From: Lepidodermella squamata
Taxonomy: Eukaryota; Animalia; Gastrotricha
DNA length: 64,000 nt
NCBI GenBank assembly: GCA_047495785.1
Contig: JBLDXI010000015.1
Span: forward strand, 2,790,001 to 2,854,000
Direction: 5' to 3'
The position numbers and the translations under genes are program-made. The notes beneath the pieces are model-generated. The model saw only the letters and a list, made by a program, of their open reading frames with translations. It was not told the origin of the DNA and ran no database searches. Shown here piece by piece: positions 45,517-56,112 of the stretch. The stretch's first letter is position 1; the number at the start of each line of letters is the position of its first letter.

Positions 45517-47339
45517 TCATTTCGCCGACGGTGACCCAGTTGCAATTGATACGACAACAGCACGTGCGGCCGCGTTGAAATCAAGAGAGGTCACTTGGGC
45601 AAGTCGCGTTAAGGTGACCTGCCAACGCCCAGCCATTATTTTTAGCATGCTCAGCACGTGCTTAAACATTGACATCTGTCGGATAAAGAATTTCGGAATA
45701 AAATACTTGTCAGCGAATTATAAAAAAATCGCCATTTAATTAATTCAAATACTAATAAACAATAAAATTCGAAAAGAAGTCTAATTATAAATTACCCTTT
45801 CAGTGGAACGGCTCGATTTTGTCAGCAGCGATTCGAGGGCGAAGTTGAGTAGCATCACGGGTCTTCGAATCACGCTGTCAACATCTTGATGGCCGCCTGA
45901 TAGGGACAAATTGGACGCATTCTCGAGAACGACCTGATAAACATGAATAGCCATTAAAATGGCTATTTCCTGCACCGACGGTTGCCACATGTCAATCGTA
46001 GATTCAATCAGCCTGACACATTCGTCTAAAATCTATAGGAAATTAATTGAAATATTAACAAATGATCGCAATCAGATCTGGCTAAAATTAACCTCAATGT
46101 CAGATAGGCTGCAGGATCCAAATCCGAGGCTTCGATCGAAGCATGAGACAAAGCATCGGCGCTTGAATGGCCTTGAAACCGTGACGGCTTTCAGGCCGGC
46201 ATAGGCGCTTTGAAGTAAGATCGCATCGACTGATTGCGGCAGAGATCCAATTCCGGGTAATTTTTTCGCGAAATCAAGATACAACTTTCCGGTAACTTCA
46301 AATTCCATCGCCATTAAATTCCACAGATTTGCTTCGGGTGTTGAAGATTTTATCGGAGCAGTCGGCAGCTGGAAAAAATCGAATTTGCTAATTTATTTTT
46401 AAATTAAAATAAGAAAAATTAATTAAAGTTAAAATTTAAAAATTTCAAATAATTATTATTAATTTTTAAATTACCGAAGATAAAGATTCGATCAATCCTT
46501 TCACCAAATTTGCGACAGAGTCGACAAGGGAATTCGCGCTAGTTTCTTCGGCTAGCCTCGCGGTCAAAAACATAGGATCGATAAAGGGAGGTGGGAGATG
46601 TGGAGCCATCAAATTGAAGTTGAATTGACTATTGCTTCCAATAGCCATCTCATCCTCGCCATCGGCGATTTTCTTCAATTTATCCGGGTGATTATTCGAT
46701 TGCGGAAATGGCGATGAGTTGTGGCTGCCGAAAGCCTGGCGTGAGTCTTTAGCGTTATCGCTACTGCCCTCACTTGATGAATCATCCTCGCTGTTATTGC
46801 CGCAGCTCACCATTCGAATTTGGCCCTTGGCGAATGATCGAAGCGACGATCGTTTCGCGCCTCGGCTTGCGAGGCCGACAGCAAACGCCTTGGCGAGGCG
46901 GCATCGGCGGCAGATGAGCTTCAATTTGCGCGGCCATAATGACTCGCCGGATTTTGTGAGGCGACTCACGTCGCAGTCATTTCGCCCAGTGATACAGTTG
47001 AAAATGTGAAGCTGATTCTGGTTTCGAAGGAAAAATTTCTTGCAAGCACTGCAGACTGTTATGCCGAAAGAACTTTCCGAAGTTTCGATATCGCAAATCT
47101 GTGAAAATTATTTTTGAAAAAATCCTCCTTAATTTTTTTATTTTACTCACTGCACATGGCGCTGTTAGCACCCTTGTCGGGTCCTCTTGCACCAAAAATC
47201 GCTGCCCATCGCTTGAGCAGCTTGACGATGAATTGCCATGGCAACTGGATCCGCTGCTTCCACTCAGCGAAGCAAAATTAATCCGGCCATCGTTTCGGAA
47301 ATGTTCCAGGCCGAGTGGGTTATTTAGGAAAAATTGCAT
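45517..47339 (-). CDS. Divergent nuclear hormone receptor; exons 47339..47151, 47098..46475, 46368..46093, 46032..45796, 45675..45517 (494 aa)
   Basis: Spliced DBD CAIC-X13-CSACKKFFLR...C-X6-C-X20-CRRCRLAKAFAVGL, and LBD signature FAKKLPGIGSLPQSVDAILL. Confidence 0.85.
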
Positions 47340-48971
47340 TTTTTATATATGAATTTTAGGTCACGCTTGAGCAATAGATCGAAGATTTACGAAATGGTGT
47401 GTATTGCATCCGCCTTAAATAGCAAGCTAGGTGAAGCGTGACGCTAATGAGGCGTGACTGTCATTTTGATGAATGATCCTCAATACAGGTACACGCAAGA
47501 TCTCATAAAAGACAAAAGCTAATTGATTATACAAGAATTAGCCTGGGCCTTGATGTTGTGTACTTTGTATAATATGGGTTTTTCAACGTCATTACGCATT
47601 ACGTTAACTTGTTGTCTATGCCGCTCACTTTGATCTTCAGCCTAATGTCACCGAATGTCTGCAACTATTTATCGTTTTGTACAACGATGTGTTGGGTTGG
47701 TGAAAACATTGGAAAAGGAATAAGTTTATACGCATATTAGGCTTGTTAACGTTAGGACATCGCTGCGACTTTTTCCCCACACCTGTCAATTAATTTTGAT
47801 TAGCAACAATTAATTGGGACTCGGAGTCTCGTCGGGGCTGAAAGCGTCTTGAACGAGGAGATAAAAATTCGGAATTTTTTATCAATTAAAATATAGAAAT
47901 TTTCTTTAAATAGATGATAAAAAATGAGAATTTTGAAATTTTAATTAAAATTATTTTCACTTTAAATTATCATGTGAGAAAAATTTATAAATTAATGGCT
48001 CTCCAATTGTGTCGAAGATTTTTTCCGAAAAAATATATTTTAAAATAAATAAATTTTGCCCATTTTCACTTTATTGCTTTTAAATTCCTTATTTTAGACA
48101 ACAATCAATTAGCCATTTTGAGCAATCAAGGCACACCCTCGGAACTTTCATCTGTTGATGACAAAATAATGTGTCTACCTAATTTTTGCTAATTTGTCAA
48201 TTTCTCACGCACTTTATGACGTCTGTAAAGTCCGAACTGAACAGTGGCAAAAATTACGAGAATAGCCGAACTTTTTTGTAATTCAATTCAGACCTGAGTT
48301 CGTTTCTCCGAAATTCTTGCGATTCTGTCCTCGCTATTCATGAAATGTGGACACATTCCCCACGCCAGATTGACACGCTGGGGAACTTGATTGAGGTTAT
48401 GAAGTCATTAACTCACATTCGACCGCCATTTTTAATGACGTTAAATTAACTGAATTAAGGAGAGGGTCGCTTCTTCTCATATAAATTGGACCAATTTGTA
48501 CACGTTAGTTTCTTTTTAATTTCATCACAGCATCAGTACATTCTTGATTTATTCAAAATAATTATTTGGGAAAAGTTGTCCTAATATTTACGCTGAAAGA
48601 AATTCCAGCCCTAAATTAGCTACATCGGTTTTCTCCGATTTCCGTGATTCTAAAATTCTAAAAAAAAGATGAAAATAATTGATGAACTCGTTTGCAGGGT
48701 CAACTCGTGTCCGTTGTCCGGAATTAGGTCATGTTTCGTGCAAATACCGTGCTCGCTGAACACCTTTCCGGCCGCATCAAAATGCGCGTGCGGAAAGGTC
48801 ACAAAGTCTGCCGTCTATTGCGTAGAGGAAGTTTCCAGAAGCGTTGGTACCATCTTGAACAAAAGCCTCCAGATTTTCGTAACACACAAACGGCGGCCGC
48901 AATGAATCATTTATAATTTCATAAATACTCGGGCAATTGTTGAAATTTTAAGGTATAATACATAAAGAAAT

Positions 48972-51092
48972 ATGCCGAGCGTCACTGCTACGAGTTCTTC
49001 AAGCCATGTCGACAAAAATGGGCTTATTGATGATTTCGGCGATAGCTTTGACGAAAATCATCGTAATTTCATCGAAGACCAGTTCAATTTTCTCAATAAA
49101 AATGTCGCGTTTTGCAACTACGGCTCATTTGGCGTTGTTCCAAAAGACGTTTTAGACACCCAATTCAAGTAATAAATCTCACAGATTTTCTGCTGCTTTA
49201 TTTACAACCGATTTCTTCGCAGATTTATGCGAGAGGTGGAAGCTGATCCTGATCTTTGGATGCGATCGACGAGTATGGACCACTGGCTGGCGAATAGAGC
49301 TGCGATTTCAAATTTTCTGAACACATCCCCGGCGAATATTGCTTTCGTTACCAACACAACTTCGGCTGTGAATTGCGTTCTGGCGACCATAGACTGGCAC
49401 GAGGGCGATGTCATTATCCTGACTAATTGGACATTCTCTACAGTCCGAGTTGCTTGCGAAGATGTATGCATGCGACACAACGGTAATTTTCTAATTAATT
49501 TTTTTATTATTGAGGTTCCAGCTCATAATTTTACGGATTTTTTTCGACTCTGGCCTAATCTCATTTCTCCATCGATTTTTTTTTTAAATTTTCGGGTTCA
49601 TTTTTATTGGAGTTTTTTTCCAATATGTATTGATTTTCTGGAGTCGGATATCGGGAAAATCACTGATTTGTAAAATCGATATCGAAAATCGATATATCGG
49701 CTCTACATGCAGAATTTGGAATTATTGATTAGCCATTCAAAGAAGAGTTAGCAACTCTAAAACCAATAGATTTCAAGGATTTCGAGGAAATCTAGTGTTA
49801 GAGCCTCAAATATCAAACCCTACGTTAAAGATGCGCGCTTGGCAAATCCAATTTAATTTGTTTGTGAATGTTTTGTTAAATTTTAGGGACAGTGAGCATT
49901 CACACTATCGACATCCCTTACCCGATACCCAGCGATAATTACTTAATCGAAGCTTTTACAAATGCGGTTGACCTAATTTCTGATTCGAGTCGGGGAAGCA
50001 AGACGCCTCGGTTGGCGATTGTAGACGCAATTAGCAGCCAGCCGGCTATTTTGTTCCCGTATCGAGAAATAACGCATCGATTGATGCAGAAAGGCGTACT
50101 GGTCATGGTCGACGGCGCCCAAGCTCCTGGGCAGATTGACGTCGACTTGGATTCGTTAAATGCGGATTTCTTCGCAGGTAATTCTATTAAATGTTACCTG
50201 AAATTTTTGTTTCACCGAAATTTTTTCCAGGAAATCTTCATAAATGGCTGTTTTGCCCAAAAGGAACGGCTGTTATCTACGTCGCCCCTAAACACCAAGC
50301 AACTATTCGTGCACCTGTGGTGTCCATGTCAGGCTGCCTCCTAAACCGTAATTCTAATGAAATGTTTTATGAAATATTTTATTTTTAATTCAATATTTAA
50401 GGCGGTTGCAAACTCGAGGATCTACTTGCTACTCATTTTTTCTGGCAGGGAACATCAAACAATACAAGCTTTGCCTGCGTTAAGGCGGCACTTGATTTCG
50501 TGGAAAAAATCGGCGGTTTGGTAAGCGAATTATTTGATTTTAGTGAAAATTTGAAAAAATTTAATTTGTGGGAATTTTCAAATATTTTGATTTTAAATTT
50601 TAATTTAATAATAAAAAAATTCAAAAAAGTTGATCAATTACCCAGAAAATCGAATTTCAAATTTTAAATTTTATGCAAATTTAAGAATATTTCAATTTTT
50701 TTTCCCAGGCCAGAATCCAGGAATATAACAGCCGGTTATCAGATTTCGCTGCCCGGTTGCTTGTGAACGAATGTCCGCAAGCTTGCCGCCCCTTCGAACT
50801 GCCACTCAGTCTCGTCGCGCCATTCATGCGCAACGTCATCGTCACGGCTCCGCATTTAGCGCCTAATTACACTGAATTTGTTCAACGCGACATGTATCAA
50901 CGCTGCAAGGTCTGGACAGCTGTGTCTGGCTTCAAAAGTAAACTGATAGTCGATGAGGAGGGTGCGAATAATCAAGGCCTTAAAATGATATTCAGAATAT
51001 CGGCGCAAATTTGCAATCGATTGGAACATTATCACCGCCTGGCTGGTGCCATAAACCAACTTTTTGTTGACAATAATGACACCAAGGAATAA
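48972..51092 (+). CDS. Class-V PLP enzyme (L-cysteine desulfhydrase / Egt2 / isopenicillin-N epimerase-like), copy 1; exons 48972..49168, 49223..49482, 49887..50177, 50231..50347, 50402..50520, 50709..51092 (455 aa)
   Basis: NYGSFGVVP, FVTNTTSAVN, VDGAQAPGQ, GNLHKWLFCPKG (PLP Lys), FWQGT, RISAQ. Confidence 0.9.
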
Positions 51093-51520
51093 TAGCTAAT
51101 GTTCTCAGTTTCATCATTATTTCGGTTTCAAGGTGTTGGGCTTTTGTTTGGAGGAATAAAAAAAATGAGCGAAAAAAACTCGTTAAACTCTTCTATGCGC
51201 TGTGATGGTTTTAATGCACCTGACAAAGAAAAAGCTGAGCTGGTGCAATGACACGCCAGTTTTTTCGCCGTACACACCTGGTGACCTTACCTTGAGAATT
51301 TTAGCATGTTTTTACAATAAAAGTGCACTCTTTTCAGACAAATTGCGAGCTTTTTTTTACTGCATGCAATTAAAACCTCTTTTTAACATTCGTCTCATAT
51401 AGCCAACAGAAAAGTCAAGTTTCTTCAAATTTTCCAGCGTTTTCTGGCTAATATTAAAAGAAACAAATTCACCTAAGGTTCCGCAGTTCCGCCAATAATT
51501 TTAGTAATTTAAAAGCTATA

Positions 51521-53706
51521 ATGACGTTCAACGATCCATTCGATTCGGCGAAAAGAGCTTACATCGATGATCAATTCGGATTCCTCGACAAGTCCGTTTC
51601 GTTTTGTAACTATGGAAGCTTTGGCGTCGTTCCAAAATCCGTCCTTCACCAACAATTCGCCTTTATGACGGAAACAGAAAGCGATCCGGACAGGTATTTT
51701 CCTAATTTAATTTTTCTGTAATTTTTGAAGCTCGATAATTTAATTTTCTGTGATTTTTTAATATTTTTATTATTTTTTATTACATCATTAAAAAAATTTA
51801 ATTAGCAATAGAGTAATTTCCGGCTTGTTCCTTTGCAACCATTATGCATCTTAATTTATCTGCTTATTTCAAGGTGGATGAGGTCAAGTTCGATCACTCA
51901 TTGGATTGATAACCGTAACGCAGTCGCGCCTTATTTCGGCACAGCCGCGAAAAATCTCGCTTTCGTCATCAACACAACCGGAGCTGTAAACGCAATTCTA
52001 TCCTCGATCAACTGGAAAAACGGCGATGTTATCATCATCACCGACTGGACCTTTTCATCCATCAAGTCCGTCTGCGAGGATTTAGTCTCGCGCCATGATG
52101 GCGTTGAACTCTACCGCGTTGAGTTGCCGTACCCTATTCACGGCAAAAAGTGCCTTATCAACGCGTTTAATACCGCTGTTGATCGAATTGTTGAGTCTGG
52201 GCGTAATCCTCGCATTGCTATTGTTGACTCGGTTAGCTCCATGCCAGCGGTAACTTTCCCGTACGAGGAAATTACGAAAAAATTAAGCGATCGCGGCGTT
52301 GAGGTGATGATCGATGGCGCCCATGCGCCCGGTCAGGTGCCTATCGACCTTGACACCCTGGGCGCGGATTATTTCGCCGGAAATCTTCACAAATGGTTCT
52401 TCTGTCCAAAAGGCACAGCTGTTCTATACGTCGCACCAAAGCATCAATATGCAATCCGGGCGCCTATTGTTTCAATGTCCGGATGTAAAGTTTTTAAGGA
52501 GGAGTTTTTAAATTAAGTAGTTGATCTTTTGAAGGTGCGCTTAATCATGACGCGAAACTCGATGATTTTCTGGCAACGCACTTCTTCTGGCAGGGCACGT
52601 CGAACAACACGAGCTTCGCTTGTGTTAAAAAAGCTATTGACTTCATCGAGACAGTTGGCGGTTTGGTGAGTGCCAAATTTGAGATAATTAAGTGGTCTTG
52701 TCATTTAGCTGTTTTTGTCTTTACAAAACGCGAAAGACGCGCGACAAAAATATTAGCGCGTTCGAAACTAGCGCTAGTTTTTTAACGCGCGCTATTTTCC
52801 CGGAAAAAAATCACGAAAAAATTGATCATGATCACATAATTTTTAGCGATTTTTTGCATTTATTTACGCTGATCACTAAAAGCGCCGCCGTTCAGTTTTA
52901 TTATCACGTTGTGAGCCGATGGGCGGAGCTTGCGAGATGATGACGCAATGATTCATACCCGGTCATACCAGTGTGCATACGCAAATTAGCGACCCGGCTG
53001 GCAGTGCGCGCACTCCAAGACCCCGGCAAAAAAATTTTTCAAAAAAAGTATCGCTTCTCGGCCTTTTTGGCTATGATCAAAGTGTAGTATCTGTTCTTTG
53101 TAGTTTAATATCTACAACGGCCTCCATGTGGGGCCTACGATATTAGCCCTATTTTTGGCTAGCCGGGCGGGAGCAGCCAGCTTGCTGGACCCCGTCCACG
53201 AGTCGGCCCGGTATTGCAGTACCTCCGGGATTCGGCTCACCCCCTGAAACATGGGGGAATGAAAACTAAAAACAAATATCTGAAATAGACTGATTAAATT
53301 GATTTTTTTTTTAATTTATCAGGACACCATAATGAAATACAACAAAGACCTGTCGACCGTAGCCGCTCGGCTGATTTTGGAGAAATGCCCCGGAACAACA
53401 CGATTCGATATTGCACCTAGCGTTGCGGCGCCGTTCATGCAGAACATAATCGCACGGCCGTACAAAACGCACGCGCACGCGGCCGACTTCATCCAGGTCG
53501 ATTTGTACCGGCGCCATCGCGTCTGGACAGCGGCGGCACGCTTCAAGGACGCCGACGCGTTGATCCACGGCGACGAGCCGGTTTTATTCCGCCTTTCAAC
53601 GCAAATTTGCAACAAGGTGGAAGACTACGAACGCCTGGCTGTTGCCCTCGAACAGTTTATTGTCGAAGGGCCTGATGCTGTTCACGCGGCTGCGAATCAG
53701 CAGTGA
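51521..53706 (+). CDS. Class-V PLP enzyme, tandem copy 2; exons 51521..51693, 51874..52484, 52535..52665, 53323..53706 (432 aa)
   Basis: NYGSFGVVP, IDGAHAPGQ, GNLHKWFFCPKG, FWQGTSNNTSF, RLSTQ. Confidence 0.9.
53050..53242 (+). ncRNA. U2: U2 spliceosomal snRNA inside intron 3 of PLP enzyme copy 2
   Basis: ATCGCTTCTCGGCCTTTTTGGCTATGATCAAAGTGTAGTATCTGTTCTT, branch-site pairing sequence GTAGTA, Sm site ATTTTTG, and stem-loop IV loop TATTGCAGTAC. Confidence 0.96.
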
Positions 53707-56112
53707 AAATTTGAATTTTTTCACGTAGCTAATGACCTACATCATTCGATCCACAAAACTTCGCTGATCAAACTGATTGATAAGCCTAAAACCTTTTTTG
53801 AAAAAATAATTTTGCTGGCAATGGTGATGATTATTTATTTCATGCAATATGCGAATTTTTGCTTTCACCTTGTTCCACATGACTGATTTTTTTGTGCTGC
53901 GTGCTTTTTTGTTCTTGTGCGGAGAACAGTTGTTTCTCGCTTGTATAAACATTAATAAAAAAAAGCGGAGAGATAAATCGCGTTTTTTACTGGATCCGAT
54001 AATCTCCCCTCAGCGAGTTCGAATCCTGGCTTCAGACTACAATTGTACCTGTAATCGCATGTAAACAAATATTACAAGTAATTTTCTACGCAATCCTATT
54101 TCTTTTAGACAATGTATTTTCGACTTTTATTCTAGCTAAAATATAAATTATTATTAGTCAGTTCCCAGGAGAATGTGCGGAAATGATTTTATTTTAATCG
54201 CCTCTTCCCACGCATGTGTTCTTCTTTCATTCTTCGATTTGTGTATAATTTTTCGCACCTAAAATTTCGAATGATTTTTTAACTGAATTAATGCGCGGCC
54301 GCAAGTAAGTGGTACTTGTTGTGATATTTTCTCGCAATTGATTACCCGTCGTTTTTGCGGTTATATTTTCGCCGCTGCTATTATATGCGCGCGTGATATA
54401 GGTAAAAAATAAATAAATCGCGCGCGAAAAGCTAATACGTGACCCGCAAAAAGTTTCCGGCCTTTGCGCGCTAATGACAAAACGTGCGCTTTTCGTCGAC
54501 CACTTGATACATTCACGAGTTCCAGTTTTTGCGCGCCGGCAACAACAAAACCGAAACTGTGTGGCTATATAATACATAACATAATAGATTTTTCTTGTTT
54601 CTCAATTTCTAGGTGTATTATATTGATAGTTTGGTGCGAAAAATCATTTACAACGTTTTACGCGCTATAATATATTACAAACGGCTAGCTTTGATGATGA
54701 TGATGACCAACGAGTCGCGTTTGGGGAGTGAAAAATAACAATTTCCACTCTCGCAGCATATACCGGCTATATTTAAGGCAAACTTTCGTCATTACTACAT
54801 ATAATACATATAGCGACTTTAATATGAAATCGAATCAAAGCGCAAACAATATAAACATATTGAAGGATCAATTTGCCATCTCATTTTCATTTCCTGGTGG
54901 GACACGATAGCGATGAGTTAGTTACCTTATATAATATATTACAACGGCGCCACATGTGCGCCGCGAACCATTGTCCATTACAATATATGCAAAATTTTCA
55001 ATTTTTATTTTTATTCCTATGTAGCATAAATATCTCAATACTATGTATATCCAGTTCCGTCAAATTAGATTGAGTAATTACCTCACATGGGTTTTTTTCC
55101 ACTGAGGGACATGTTTTGCGCACCTTGCACTCGCGCTTTTTTATTACGCGTGCGCGCGCACCTGTCGCAATTTTTTAAGGTGGACTTGTTGCGCGTTCAA
55201 GTGCTAAATTGATTCGTCGACTCAACACACACACCCTAAACATTTTAAGAAGTAGCTCATCATTGATAGTACGTATCACTTGCACGCCGCGCGCGTCAAA
55301 TGAAGCGTGATATACGCGCGCTTCTTTTCTGTAATAATATATCTATTCTCGTCTGAAAAAACGCGTTAATATACCACCACCTTTTAGGGCGGGTAAAATT
55401 GCGTGTTATTATAACAATGGGGGGTAGTCTTTTATAATTATATCTATACCACCCGGCGAGCTGAAAACACCGGTGGCATAATATACTATACCAGCTCGAG
55501 TGGTTATAAGAGAAAAACAAGACTGGACTGTGGTTATTATATAATTTAGCACCCGTCACATGCACGCTGAGTGATGATACTTATCCAGTTAATGAACAAG
55601 TACCTCCCACGTACCTTACGGCTTCACGAGTAGCTATACTGGTATTTACCCGAGTCTTGCACCTGTATTGAAGAGTGGATTTCTTGTTTCAAACAGCGAC
55701 TTTTAGATCAACCATGCGCAACGTAATATTATATTACCTGATTTATTATAAAAAATAAATCTGACATATTTATTACGCGTATTTATAATTGGTATAGTTA
55801 CCGCTGTGGCCTCTAAACGCGATTGATTTTCGGGAGTGCGCGCGTATAATAAAATTAATATTATATAATCCCGACCACCATCTTCACCTCATATGTGTCT
55901 CTCGCTCGGGGCTGTATTTTCATTTCCCATATTGCCGCGTTTAATACCATTAATTTATATAGATTTTTTTCCGCGGCTATATTTTGTTACATTCGTCGAG
56001 CCGATTCGTCTCGTGTCGCGCTCACATGGCGCCGATGCGATGCCAATAAATTGTCGTGAATGAGCCGCCGCCGTCGCCATCTTATCTGCACTACTGCTGC
56101 TGTCACCGAGCC

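Noticed and set aside
48972-53706. Bacterial contamination or a recent horizontal transfer of the PLP enzymes
   Set aside because: Both copies have multiple spliceosomal introns and host-like composition. An older transfer cannot be judged without a phylogeny.
38422-53706. A functional hypoxia/sulfide gene cluster (globins, nuclear receptor, C-S lyases)
   Set aside because: Adjacency alone is weak evidence in a compact animal genome, and unrelated EB genes intervene. It would need co-expression or conserved synteny.
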